Source: Candidatus Eiseniibacteriota bacterium (GTDB lineage Bacteria > Eisenbacteria > RBG-16-71-46 > CAIMUX01). Taken from it: 64,000 bases of DNA. How positions within the stretch are numbered: position 1 is the first letter of the stretch; every line of letters begins with the position of its first letter. Of this stretch, positions 1-9,795 are shown piece by piece. Location: contig CAIMUX010000080.1 in assembly GCA_903844735.1 (NCBI GenBank), forward strand, positions 18,820-82,819, read 5' to 3'. The notes under the pieces were generated by a model. That model ran no database searches. It had not been told where the DNA came from and worked only from the letters and a program-made list of their open reading frames with translations. A program made the translations under genes and the position numbers.

Positions 1-929
1 GTGGGCCAAGCCTGGCTCCGGGCGACGCGCTGCGAGTCCTGCGCGAGATCCGAGAGCGGTACGATCCCCGCACCATCACCGTGGCCCTATCCGGCGGAGA
101 ACCTCTGTGTTATCCGGAGCTCTTCTCGCTGGGACGCGCAATCACCGACCTCGAGTTCCCGTGGGGCATGGTGACCAACGGCTATGGCTGGACCCCCACC
201 AAGGTCTTGCAAGCCCGCGCTGCGGGGATGCAGTCGATTTCGGTCAGCCTTGACGGGCTTGAGGCGGAGCACGACTGGCTGCGCGGGCGCACCGGGTCAT
301 TCCGACGGGCGGTCGACGCCATTTCGATGTTGCTCCGCGATCCGTCCCGGCAGGCGATGGATGTCGTCACGTGCGTACACCCGCGCAATCTGCCTGTTCT
401 CGAGAAGCTGCAAGGACTCCTGCGGGCGCTGGGCGTGCGGGACTGGCGACTCTTCACTATTTCGCCGATCGGTCGGGCGGCGCGCGATCCCGAGCTTCTC
501 CTCGATCCGCCGCAGTTCCGGGAGCTTCTGGCGACAATCGAGCGCCTGCGGGACCGCGACGGCATCCACGTCAATTTCTCGGAATCCGGCTACCTGGGTC
601 CCCGGTACGAGTGCCGGGTGCGCGACACGGCCTACTTCTGCCGGGCCGGAATCACGGTTGCGGGAATCATGGCCAACGGCGACATCCTCGCCTGTCCCAA
701 CATCGATCGGAGCCTTCGGCAGGGAAACATCGCCGTCGACTCGTTTGTGGAAACCTGGGAGACGCGCTACCAGCCGTTTCGCGAGCGATCCTGGATGCGC
801 ACCGGCGACTGCGTGTCCTGTGGCGAGTGGTCGCACTGTCAGGGGAACTCACTCCACCTGTGGGATCCCGAGGCGCGTCGGACACGACTGTGCCACTACC
901 GGGCCTACGGGTTGCTCGAACAGGGATAA
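1..929 (+). CDS. radical SAM / SPASM-domain enzyme, 5' partial (anSME- or peptide-maturase-like)
   Basis: Reading frame is open to window position 1. Motifs ALSGGEPL, VSLDG..EHD..RG and a Cys-rich C-terminal SPASM-like segment (CPNID…CVSCGEWSHC). GTG at 81 is internal. Confidence 0.7.
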   Translation, partial: GPSLAPGDALRVLREIRERYDPRTITVALSGGEPLCYPELFSLGRAITDLEFPWGMVTNGYGWTPTKVLQARAAGMQSISVSLDGLEAEHDWLRGRTGSFRRAVDAISMLLRDPSRQAMDVVTCVHPRNLPVLEKLQGLLRALGVRDWRLFTISPIGRAARDPELLLDPPQFRELLATIERLRDRDGIHVNFSESGYLGPRYECRVRDTAYFCRAGITVAGIMANGDILACPNIDRSLRQGNIAVDSFVETWETRYQPFRERSWMRTGDCVSCGEWSHCQGNSLHLWDPEARRTRLCHYRAYGLLEQG

Positions 930-1090
930 GAGGCGGCGGCCCGCCCGTCGCTATCACGGCGGACATGGACTCATCCGAGGCCGACATGCGACACGCCGTA
1001 CGGTGATGGTTTCAGCAAGGAAGAACTGCATGCGCTGTTCACAGAGAGCGGGCTGGTGGGGGCGGACAGCTTCGTGTCTCCCGGATCCGG

Positions 1091-2110
1091 CTAGTCCGGC
1101 CGCCGCTCGACCGTCGGATTCCTGCCGGGCGTCCACGTCCGGCTGGCTCCGTTGGCCCACTCAGTACGCTGGCCACCGTCGCGATAGGTCGTTCGTTTGT
1201 CTCCGTTGGAGAAGAGGTAGGTTTCCGTCCCGTCGGCTTGGGTCGATCTTCGGTCGCCGCTCGGGTAGCTGACCTGCTCCGTGCCATCGGTCGCTTGGAC
1301 CACGCGGCTCCCGTCGGCGTATCGGATTTCTTCTCTACCATCGGGCCCCGTGATTCTCTCGTACCCATCCCGGGGCGCGGACCTGAACTTCCGCCTGCCG
1401 TCCGGATAGCGGACCTCCTGGGCGCCACTTTGGTAGGCGAGCTCGCGCCGGCCGTCGGGGAAGAATCGGTACTGTCCGTCGCGCGCTTCCCGCTGCACGA
1501 TCCGAGGGGGATACCAGGCGGCCTCGGCCTCCACGAGGCGGTAGTTGCTCGCGGAGTCGAAGATCTCGCGGTCTCCCCAGACCCAGAGGAACTCCCGCCT
1601 CCCATCGCGTGAAGAGACCACTCGGTCGCCCAGCGCCCCCACGTACACGAACGAGCCGTCCATGCGGCGATGGCCAAACGTGTACGGAACCCATAGACAC
1701 GTGTCGGGGCCACCGTTCCGCAGGATGGCGCTCCATCGCAAGAGGTCCGGCTCCCGGAACATGGCTGCCCGTTGCGTGGAGTCGTCGTCCTCCAGCAGTT
1801 TGAAGTCGAGGGTCTCATATCCCAAAGAGGCCCCCTTGCCGTAGATCCTGGTTACCAGATGAAACGTGTCGACGAAGTGAAACGAGCGGAGCGGGTCGGA
1901 GGGGAGCCCGCCGACATCGGCATAGTAGGTCTCGATGAAGGCGTGACGACCGCCTCGGCCGAGCCTTCCCCAACCGCAGTCCGGAGGCACGACACAGCCC
2001 ATCCGGCGCGCGGAGAGAGTCGGATGTTTGCGTTCATCCATCCACCGCTCTTGTTCCCCCCTCGCGCGGTCTCGCAATCTTGGTGCCTTGCCGGATCCGC
2101 CCGCTCCCAC
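1091..2110 (-). CDS. hypothetical protein with tandem ~11-aa Y-x-DG-type repeats
   Basis: Long ORF downstream of the KAS gene on the same strand. C-terminal half consists of reiterated 'YPDGRRE / YADGSR / YRDGGQ' units. True start probably near 2041 (MDERKH…). Confidence 0.45.
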   Translation of the reverse strand: MGAGGSGKAPRLRDRARGEQERWMDERKHPTLSARRMGCVVPPDCGWGRLGRGGRHAFIETYYADVGGLPSDPLRSFHFVDTFHLVTRIYGKGASLGYETLDFKLLEDDDSTQRAAMFREPDLLRWSAILRNGGPDTCLWVPYTFGHRRMDGSFVYVGALGDRVVSSRDGRREFLWVWGDREIFDSASNYRLVEAEAAWYPPRIVQREARDGQYRFFPDGRRELAYQSGAQEVRYPDGRRKFRSAPRDGYERITGPDGREEIRYADGSRVVQATDGTEQVSYPSGDRRSTQADGTETYLFSNGDKRTTYRDGGQRTEWANGASRTWTPGRNPTVERRPD

Positions 2111-2311
2111 TGGTTCTTGCGTCCGGCGAGGCGACCGTCAACCACGATCCCGCTCCCCGTCCCGGTCCCGACGAACAACCCAAAGACGACGCGTGATCAC
2201 GCGGCAGCGCCTTCCACCGTGCTTCTTGGGGGGGGTCTCCGAGAGGGCGGATCTGTCAAGTGAGGGTGTGATCCAAGCGCGTGAAACCATCGGCCTCGGC
2301 GGCTGAAAAGG

Positions 2312-3550
2312 TTACGCCCTCGAAAACAACAGGACGCTGTTCTGACCACCGAAGCCGAAAGAGTTGGACACGGCCGCTTTGACCTTCACCTTTCTGGCCT
2401 CGTTCGGAACAATGTCCAGATCGCAATCTGGATCCAATGCTTGGTAGTTGATCGTCGGCGGGAGAACGCCGTAGTAGATCGAAAGGACTGTGGCTGCCGC
2501 TTCAATCCCGCCGGCGGCCCCGAGCGTGTGGCCGATCATGGATTTGGTCGAACTGATCGGTATTTGATAGGCGCTGCTACCAAAACACCTCTTGATGGCA
2601 ATCGTTTCTGTTTTGTCGTTCACTCTTGTCGAGGTTCCGTGCGCATTGATATAGCCGATATCCGATCCTTTGACACCGGATCCATCGATGGCATTTTCTA
2701 TCGCTCGGGCGGCCCAGATTCCTTCCGGTTCTGGAATTGCGATGCTATAAGCGTCTGACGTCATGCCGAAACCCGACAGGACCGCCAGGGGCTCGGCACC
2801 GCGCTTTCTTGCGCTTTCGTACTTTTCCAGGACGAGCACGCCGGAACCTTCCCCAATTACGAAACCGTCCCTTCCGGCGTCGAAAGGTCTTGAAGCGGTT
2901 TCAGGGTCGTCATTCCTCGAGGTCAGCACCCCCATGCAAGCATACGCGTCTACGACCAACGGTGTGATCGTGGACTCCGAACCTCCGGCCAGCATGATGT
3001 CGGCCTGCCCCAGTCTGAGCATACCCATCGCGATGCCGATGGCATGAGAACCGGAGGAGCATGCGGTCGCGACGCCGATATTCGGGCCGTGGATTCCAAG
3101 ATCGATTGCGATATTCGCCGAAGACATATTGGGTATGATCTTGGGAACAGCAAACGGTTTGCAGAATCCCGGTCCTTTCTCTAAGAATACTTTGTGTTGG
3201 GACTCGATGTCCTCATAGTCTCCGGCGGCCGAACCTATGACACAACCGATCCGTGCCGAATTCTCTCTATCCAGTTGTATACCCGCGTCCGCTATTGCCT
3301 GAAAGGCCGCGCAAACCGCCAACTGGGAAAACCGCCCCATCCTGCCCGCCCTCTTGCCCGTCACATATTTCAGCGGGTCGAAGTTCTTGACTTCGGAAGC
3401 GACCTGGCATTTCTGCCCGGCTGGATCAAAGGCACGAATCGTGTCGGCACCGGAAACCCCGCTGGTCAGAGCTTCCCAGAACTCTTTCCGATTCTGGCCA
3501 ATAGAGGTATAGACACCGATTCCAGTAACAACAATGTCTTCCGGTTTCAT
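2312..3550 (-). CDS. fabF: 3-oxoacyl-ACP synthase II (KAS I/II family)
   Basis: Active-site Cys in ATACSSGSHAIG and the His-His pair (NAHGTSTRVND…MIGHTLGAAG) typical of FabF/FabB. C-terminal GFGGQNS. Gene is visibly lower in GC than its neighbours. Confidence 0.9.
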   Translation of the reverse strand: MKPEDIVVTGIGVYTSIGQNRKEFWEALTSGVSGADTIRAFDPAGQKCQVASEVKNFDPLKYVTGKRAGRMGRFSQLAVCAAFQAIADAGIQLDRENSARIGCVIGSAAGDYEDIESQHKVFLEKGPGFCKPFAVPKIIPNMSSANIAIDLGIHGPNIGVATACSSGSHAIGIAMGMLRLGQADIMLAGGSESTITPLVVDAYACMGVLTSRNDDPETASRPFDAGRDGFVIGEGSGVLVLEKYESARKRGAEPLAVLSGFGMTSDAYSIAIPEPEGIWAARAIENAIDGSGVKGSDIGYINAHGTSTRVNDKTETIAIKRCFGSSAYQIPISSTKSMIGHTLGAAGGIEAAATVLSIYYGVLPPTINYQALDPDCDLDIVPNEARKVKVKAAVSNSFGFGGQNSVLLFSRA

Positions 3551-3611
3551 GGTCTAATCATCCCCCGAGAATGACCCGGCATGTGCAGGACATGGTCGAA
3601 CTCTGCTCGCC

Positions 3612-4679
3612 TCACAACCACCTGTTCAGGCGGTACCAGTTCAGGGTCCCTTCGAGCCCGCGCGCCAAGGAATAGCGCGGGGCGAACCCCCACTCCCGAC
3701 GGGCCTTTTCCGGCAGACAGACCCAATGTGCCTGCCAGAGGTCCTCGACCTTGGCCCGGCTGAAGACGGCCGGGTTGCGGGCGATTGCCCCCCAGGCTTC
3801 CCCCAGGGAAGCTACCAACTTCGCCGCGAAGTGCGACACCCGTACCGTCCGCACCTGGGCCGCCATCAACTGGGCGGCCAGTTCACCCACCTCGTTCCAG
3901 GAGTACTCATCGCCGTCGGAGACGTAGTAGGTCCCGCGCGCACCGACCTCCGCGGCCTTGAGTGCTGCGTCGACTAAGTCCTCGACATGGATGAGGCTGA
4001 AACGCGTCGTCGTCCCGCGGGGCATCGGCAGGATGCCGTGGTGAATCCAGCGAAAGAGGACGATCAGCCCCTCGTCTCGCGGACCGTAGACGACAGGAGG
4101 GCGTAGAATGACGTATCGAAACCGGGTGTGAGCGTCGGCCACCTCTCGCAGCGCGATCTCCCCCTGTAGCTTGCTGCGTCCGTAGGGAGTCACCGGGGTC
4201 GGTGGATCGCCCTCGGTCCGCACGGGTGCGGGGTCGCGCTCCACTGGGATCCCCGGCCCCCCGGCCGCCATGCTGCTGCAATAGACGAAAAAGGCGCCCG
4301 GCACGGCGCGCTCGGCCACCGCCTCGGCGAGATTGCGCGTCCCCTGGGCGTTTGCCTCCATGAACTCGGAGGAACTGAGCGCCCGTGTCAGGCCACCGAA
4401 GTGGAAGACCCCGCGCACGCCCACGCAGGCCCCAGCCAGCGAAGCCTTGTCGCGGATGTCGCCATAGGCGTACTCGACCGGCTGCCCCTCCAACCATCGC
4501 AGGCTGCTGGACTTGCGGAGGAGGAGCCGCACCCGCCAGCCGCGTTGCACCAGCCTCTCCACGAGGTGCGAGCCGACGAAGCCGGTCCCGCCAGTGACGA
4601 GAACTCGCCCCGGCTTGGCGAAGAGGTCGTCCTGCTTGCCGGTGGCGCCCGGCGTGATGCGGGTATCCGGGATCGACAT
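3612..4679 (-). CDS. NAD(P)-dependent epimerase/dehydratase-fold protein (SDR extended family; CerR-like reductase candidate)
   Basis: N-terminal Rossmann motif VLVTGGTGFVGSHLV and catalytic YGRSK. Co-oriented and immediately downstream of the alpha-oxoamine synthase. Confidence 0.8.
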   Translation of the reverse strand: MSIPDTRITPGATGKQDDLFAKPGRVLVTGGTGFVGSHLVERLVQRGWRVRLLLRKSSSLRWLEGQPVEYAYGDIRDKASLAGACVGVRGVFHFGGLTRALSSSEFMEANAQGTRNLAEAVAERAVPGAFFVYCSSMAAGGPGIPVERDPAPVRTEGDPPTPVTPYGRSKLQGEIALREVADAHTRFRYVILRPPVVYGPRDEGLIVLFRWIHHGILPMPRGTTTRFSLIHVEDLVDAALKAAEVGARGTYYVSDGDEYSWNEVGELAAQLMAAQVRTVRVSHFAAKLVASLGEAWGAIARNPAVFSRAKVEDLWQAHWVCLPEKARREWGFAPRYSLARGLEGTLNWYRLNRWL

Positions 4680-4698
4680 GGTTCCCCCGGTTACCCGG

Positions 4699-5982
4699 TT
4701 AGATGAGGCCGACCTGACGACCTGCCCGGCCGAAGATCTCCAGGGCCTCGTCGATCAAAGCGGCGGTGTGTGTGGCCATGAGGCTGGTGCGAATGCGCGC
4801 GCTATTCTCCGGCACCGCAGGCGCGATCACCGGGTTGGTGAAGATTCCCATCTCGAAGAGAACCTTCCAAAAGAAGAAGGTGCGCACGTTGTCTCCCACG
4901 ATGATGGGGATGATAGGGGTAACAGAGAGCCCGGTATCGAATCCGAGCGATTGCAGCCCGGCCTTCAGCCGATCGGCGTTGCGCCACAACCGTTCCCGCC
5001 GGTCCGGCTCGCTCTTCAAGATGCGCAGGCACTCCCGCACCGTGGCCACCGCGTAGGGGGGCATGGAGGCGCTGAAGATCATGGTGCGGGCCATGTGCTT
5101 GATGTAGTGGATGACATTCTCGTCAGCCGCGGCCACCCCTCCGATGGAGGCGAACGACTTGCTGAACGTCCCCATCAGGAGGTCGGATTGAGGGGTCAGG
5201 CCGAAGTGCTCGTGCACACCCGCCCCGGTGGCGCCGATGACACCCATGGAGTGCGCTTCATCGATGAGGATGCGGCCCCCGAAACGGTGCACCAGAGGCA
5301 CAAGGTGCGGCAGGTCGGCCAGATCGCCCTCCATGCTGAAGATACCGTCGACGACAATGAGCAGGCCGGCGACCGGGTGCTCGCGCCGCGCCCGCTCCAG
5401 CACGCGTTCGAGGTGCGTCATGTCGTTGTGGTTGTACCGATACACCCTCGCCTGGGAAAGGATGGCGCCGTCGACGATGCAAGCGTGGTCAAGCTTGTCG
5501 ATGATGATGACATCGCCCCGTCCGGCCAGCGAGGAAATGATGCCGAGGTTGGTCTGGAAGCCGGTGGAGAAGACCAGGGCCGCCTCCTTCCCCAGGAAAC
5601 CGGCCAGCTCCGCCTCGAGCTTCTCGTGGATGTCGAGGGTGCCGTTGAGGAAGCGGCTCCCGGTGCACCCGGTGCCGTACCGGCGGGCCGCCTTTTGCGC
5701 CGCTTCCATCACCCTCGGGTCGTGCGTCAGTCCGAGGTAGTTGTTCGAGCCGAGCATGATCTTCCGCCGGCCCTCGACGTGGACCTCGGTTCCCTCCGAT
5801 CCCATGATGGGAACGAAGTAGGGATACAGCCCGGCCGCCTGGGCCTCGCGGGCCCGGGTGAAGCGGCGACACTTCTCGAAGAGATCTTCGGGGGCGGCGG
5901 TCGGATCGGGCACCACCTGCCCGCCCCTGGGCTGTCTGACTCCCATGCCTATCCCTTCTTTCTGGTTGAATCGTCGCGTCAT
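4699..5982 (-). CDS. alpha-oxoamine synthase family PLP enzyme (serine palmitoyltransferase / 8-amino-7-oxononanoate synthase-like)
   Basis: PLP-lysine region GTFSKSFASIGG and glycine-rich SNNYLGL motif. The ORF extends to 6126. Likely starts are ATG at 5982 (MTRRFNQ) or ATG near 5946 (MGVRQ, preceded by AAGGGA). Confidence 0.85.
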   Translation of the reverse strand: MTRRFNQKEGIGMGVRQPRGGQVVPDPTAAPEDLFEKCRRFTRAREAQAAGLYPYFVPIMGSEGTEVHVEGRRKIMLGSNNYLGLTHDPRVMEAAQKAARRYGTGCTGSRFLNGTLDIHEKLEAELAGFLGKEAALVFSTGFQTNLGIISSLAGRGDVIIIDKLDHACIVDGAILSQARVYRYNHNDMTHLERVLERARREHPVAGLLIVVDGIFSMEGDLADLPHLVPLVHRFGGRILIDEAHSMGVIGATGAGVHEHFGLTPQSDLLMGTFSKSFASIGGVAAADENVIHYIKHMARTMIFSASMPPYAVATVRECLRILKSEPDRRERLWRNADRLKAGLQSLGFDTGLSVTPIIPIIVGDNVRTFFFWKVLFEMGIFTNPVIAPAVPENSARIRTSLMATHTAALIDEALEIFGRAGRQVGLI

Positions 5983-6024
5983 GCTAGGGTCCGAGCCCCG
6001 GTGAGTCAAGGCTGCGCGGTCCGT

Positions 6025-6124
6025 CTGAGATTCGGAGGGAACGAACACGAATGGCTTCGGACTTCGGGCTTCTGAATCCTGACTTCTGTCTGGGCCGCAG
6101 GGCATCGAGCCGTTTCTGGGGGCC
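6025..6124 (+). promoter_or_regulatory. conserved non-coding element copy 1 (CTGAGATTCGGAGGGAACGAA … GGCTTCGGACTTCGGGCTTC … GAGCCGTTTCTGGGGGCC) in the 5' region of the T9SS-cargo gene
   Basis: 21/21-nt identity with the inverted copy at 59999–60019. Second box 17/18 with 59932–59950. Confidence 0.5.
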
Positions 6125-6212
6125 ATGCGGATGGGGTGGTATCCTGTTTTCGGTCCCGGAGCCGCAGATTCGTCCCCGAGCCGGCCGCCGTCTCCTAACA
6201 GGAGCAGACCGC

Positions 6213-9200
6213 ATGCCGAAGCCCTGGCCCCTCATACTGACTCTTCTTCTGACGATCAGCGCCGGCCTCCGCCTCTTTGCCATCGACGTCGCCCGGGCCG
6301 TGGAGGACGCCGACGCCGACTGGCAGCCCGGCCTTAACGCCCCGGGAATGGACGGAAGGGCGATGGCTTTCTGTGAGTACCGCGGCGATCTGGTGATCGG
6401 CGGTTCGTTCCACACGATCGGCTCGCAGGTCATCGAACATGTCGCCCGCTGGGACGGCACGGCGTGGCGCGCGTGTGGCGCCGGGGTGAACGGCGCCGTG
6501 AGTCAACTGACCGTTCAGGGAGACAGACTGCTGGCCGCCGGGGATTTCACGGAGGCCGGGGGGGCGCCGGCGAACCACATCGCCTCTTGGGACGGGGCTG
6601 CCTGGCGTCCCCTAGGGGATGGAGTCGGTGGAACGCCACAGGCCTTGGCCGTTTATCGGGACACACTGTTCGTAGGCGGCTCGTTCAGCCGCGCGGGCCA
6701 CCTTGCGGTGAGGGGCATCGCACGGTGGGACGGGGAGACATGGCACGACGGGCTCGCCTTGGCTCCCGAAGGGCCGGACATCGCTATCACGAACCTGGCC
6801 GTCGCGGGTGGACACCTGGTCGCAACCTGGCAGGAAGTTCCCTCGGGCGATCCTGACGACGTTCCTGTGTTCGCTGAACCGCATCCGGTGCTCTGGAGCG
6901 GCAAGGGCTGGGACTCTATCTCCTACGGCCTCCGCAGCTATCCGGACCACCTGGCGGTCCTCGGCGACAGTTTGTATGCCGCCGGATACCACTCTCTTGA
7001 CGCGGAGGGGCTCCCGCCGGCCGGGTACTACGTCACTCGCTGGACTGGCACGGAGTGGCTGCCCCTCGGCCGCGAGTGGGGGGGCGATCCGGGCATCCCG
7101 GTTGGGCACGCCGGCAATCTCTACCTGGCTCGCCGGGGCGCTCTCTACCAGTGGACGGGCACGGAATGGATCGTCGCGTCGCGGCCCCAATCTGCCAACT
7201 TCGACGTGCTCTTCTCGGGAAGCGACGGCCTCTATTCCGGCGGCGCCTGGGTCGTGGACGGCCTCGGAACCGACACCCGGACAGCGCGCGGGCTCGCTCG
7301 CTGGGACGGCACTGCGTGGCTGGGGGTGGGCGACCAGGCGGGAGGCGGCCTCAACCTCTGGCAGGGCACACCGCAGGTGATCCTCGCGGCCGCCGGCGAC
7401 GGATTCAGCGCCGCCGGAACCTTCCTACGGGTCGGCGATCTCCAGGCTTTCGGCCTGGCCCAGTGGGATGGGTCGTCCTGGTGGCTGCTACCCGACGGTG
7501 CTGGCCCGTTTCGAGCAAACGCCTTCTTTGATCTCGGTGGGCGCCTCACGGCGGTCGCGGACGAACTCTTCGGCACCGGATGCTGGGTCCGCACCCTCGA
7601 AGATTCCCGGTGGAAAGACCTTGCCTGGTTCCAGGGGCGGGTGCTCTCCATCACGCCGTGGCGGGAACATCTCGTCGTCGGCGGCGATTTCGCCCCCGAA
7701 CACATCCAGGTCGCCCCGCAGGTGATCATCGACCCCGATATCGTGCTGCAATCGCTGGGTGGTGGGCTCAACGGGACCGTCCGCGCAACCTGCCCACTCG
7801 AAGCGTCCGTGGTCGCCTCCGGAGATTTCAGTGCCACCACCGACGGCCGGGTTCAACTCCGGAATGTCGGTCTTTGGGACGGCTCGACCTGGCAGCCGCT
7901 GGGTGATGGGCTCCCGACCTCCGCCATCACGCTCGAACCGTTCGCGGGCGGTGTTGCCGCAGCCTTGGGCGACGGCGTGCTTCACTGGAACGGGGCCGCC
8001 TGGGTGAGGCTGGGGGATATCTTCGACGGACCCGTCCTGGCGCTCGCCGTGTTCGAAGGTGAGCTGATAGCGGGCGGCGCATTCGCGCACGCTGAGGGCG
8101 TGCGTCTGGGCGGACTGGCGCGCTGGCGAGATGGCCGGTGGCAGCCGATCGGCTCCGGGATGAACGGTGATGTCCAGGACCTGCTCGTGAACGGCGAAGA
8201 ATTCTGGGCAAGCGGCGCCTTCACCGCGGCCGGGAGCGTTCCCTCGTCCGGCATCGCGAACTGGCGGGAGTTGCGCGCCGGAGTCGAGAGCTTCTACGCC
8301 CATGTGCTGCAGGATTCGGTGACTCTCTCGTGGCGCGATCCGGAGAGCTCCACCCACCGGTCCACCGTGGTGCGCTGGTCGCCCTACCGGTATCCCGCCG
8401 ACCCACAGGACGGTACTCCACTGCCCTTCGGTGGGGATGGACTGTTCCCGGCCTCCTCCGGCACCGTGCATTCATTCCGCCTCGCGTTACCGCTCGATGG
8501 CGGGCGCGCGCTCTACAGCGTCTTTGCGATCCATGCCGACGGACGCTCCTCGGCGCCGGGGCACGCACGTGTGCGGATGCCGGACCGGACACCTCCGGCG
8601 ATCCTCCTGCGGATTCAGCGACTCGCGGACGGTGCGCCCCGGCTGGCCATTGCCGTGCGTTGCAGCGAGCCACTCGTTCCGACAGGAGTGGCGGTCAGGC
8701 TTGGCTCGACGATCGTGCAGATGGCACGGGGAGACGACACCGGTACGCTCTGGACCGGGACGGCGACAGTTGTTGCTCCTAGTTCGAGCCTCCTCACCGT
8801 CTGCGTCCACGACTCGTCTGGCAACGAGACCTGCGCGGAACGGGGCGTAGCCGTGGCCATCGGTCGTCCGTTTAAGGCCGGGCGTTGCCTGGTCCCCGAC
8901 GGGAGCTTGCTCGTCGAGTGGTCCGCGGACACGTTCGCGTCGGAAGGTCTGGTGACTGTGATCTGCCGGGAGTCCGTCCCTCCGGCCTTCGAGGTGATAG
9001 CACACGAAATGCCGTTCACACCCCTCATCCTGTCGTTCCGCTTCCGCCCTGACGACTCAGGAAACGACGACCCTCGGCGTCTCGGTGTTCTCACGCCCAA
9101 CGGCTCTGTACAAGGCGGGGTTTACGACCGCGATTCCGGACGGTTAGTCCTCCGCGCACCCTCTCCGGGCATCTATCAGCTCGTCTGGGCCCCGGAGGAA

Positions 9201-9671
9201 CTGAGCACCCTCGCCGATCCGCGCTTCCTCGTCGTCGCACCACCCGCCCCGAACCCTTTCCGTAGCGGGACATCGATCCGACTCGACCTGCTGGCGCGCC
9301 GACGGGTGCGCGTCACGGTACACGATGTCGGGGGACGCACCGTGGCCGTACTCTTCGACGGCCTGGCGGGTCCGGGCGAGGAGACGATTCGGTGGGATGG
9401 GCGCCGGCGAGAGAACGCGAACGCGTCAGGCGCCGAGTGCGGGACCGCCGGACTCGCCCGATTCCCTAGCCTCGGGCTCTCTGACGCCGGGCTCTCCGGT
9501 GCCGGGCGGTCTGACGTCGGGCCCACCGCCCCCGGGTCACCTGGCGTCGGTTTCGCCGGGACCGGGATCAATGGCGCCGGCAACGGGCGCGCCCTTCCCT
9601 CCGGGGTCTACTTCGCCCGCGTGCAGACCGACTTCACGACCCGGACGGTGCGATTGGTCAAAGTGCGCTGA
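6213..9671 (+). CDS. secreted beta-propeller repeat protein with T9SS-type C-terminal sorting domain (FlgD Ig-like/CTD)
   Basis: Signal peptide MPKPWPLILTLLLTISAG after an AGGAG RBS. About 45–50-aa repeats W(D/E)G..W..LGDG…GG.F throughout. C-terminus PNPFRSGTSIRLDL…VTVHDVGGRTVAVLFDG…GVYFARVQTDFTTRTVRLVKVR matches the T9SS CTD pattern. Confidence 0.8.
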   Translation: MPKPWPLILTLLLTISAGLRLFAIDVARAVEDADADWQPGLNAPGMDGRAMAFCEYRGDLVIGGSFHTIGSQVIEHVARWDGTAWRACGAGVNGAVSQLTVQGDRLLAAGDFTEAGGAPANHIASWDGAAWRPLGDGVGGTPQALAVYRDTLFVGGSFSRAGHLAVRGIARWDGETWHDGLALAPEGPDIAITNLAVAGGHLVATWQEVPSGDPDDVPVFAEPHPVLWSGKGWDSISYGLRSYPDHLAVLGDSLYAAGYHSLDAEGLPPAGYYVTRWTGTEWLPLGREWGGDPGIPVGHAGNLYLARRGALYQWTGTEWIVASRPQSANFDVLFSGSDGLYSGGAWVVDGLGTDTRTARGLARWDGTAWLGVGDQAGGGLNLWQGTPQVILAAAGDGFSAAGTFLRVGDLQAFGLAQWDGSSWWLLPDGAGPFRANAFFDLGGRLTAVADELFGTGCWVRTLEDSRWKDLAWFQGRVLSITPWREHLVVGGDFAPEHIQVAPQVIIDPDIVLQSLGGGLNGTVRATCPLEASVVASGDFSATTDGRVQLRNVGLWDGSTWQPLGDGLPTSAITLEPFAGGVAAALGDGVLHWNGAAWVRLGDIFDGPVLALAVFEGELIAGGAFAHAEGVRLGGLARWRDGRWQPIGSGMNGDVQDLLVNGEEFWASGAFTAAGSVPSSGIANWRELRAGVESFYAHVLQDSVTLSWRDPESSTHRSTVVRWSPYRYPADPQDGTPLPFGGDGLFPASSGTVHSFRLALPLDGGRALYSVFAIHADGRSSAPGHARVRMPDRTPPAILLRIQRLADGAPRLAIAVRCSEPLVPTGVAVRLGSTIVQMARGDDTGTLWTGTATVVAPSSSLLTVCVHDSSGNETCAERGVAVAIGRPFKAGRCLVPDGSLLVEWSADTFASEGLVTVICRESVPPAFEVIAHEMPFTPLILSFRFRPDDSGNDDPRRLGVLTPNGSVQGGVYDRDSGRLVLRAPSPGIYQLVWAPEELSTLADPRFLVVAPPAPNPFRSGTSIRLDLLARRRVRVTVHDVGGRTVAVLFDGLAGPGEETIRWDGRRRENANASGAECGTAGLARFPSLGLSDAGLSGAGRSDVGPTAPGSPGVGFAGTGINGAGNGRALPSGVYFARVQTDFTTRTVRLVKVR

Positions 9672-9795
9672 CCGGGAATGACGCCTCAGTCCAGCGCTCT
9701 GACCCACAACGGCAAGAATCACCGCTGCGCTGATCAGCCCGCTCCGCTATCCTGTGCCCGGCCCGCCCGCGGGATACCAGTTGGAGGAATGTCTC

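Noticed and set aside
4513-6075. 520-aa plus-strand ORF antisense to the alpha-oxoamine synthase gene
   Set aside because: No recognisable motifs, and Arg/Gly/Pro-rich composition typical of shadow ORFs in high-GC DNA. The minus-strand gene has clear PLP-enzyme motifs.
6051-6212. 54-codon N-terminal extension of the T9SS-cargo ORF
   Set aside because: The extension lacks a signal peptide and overlaps the conserved non-coding element. The ATG at 6213 has an AGGAG RBS and a classic signal peptide.
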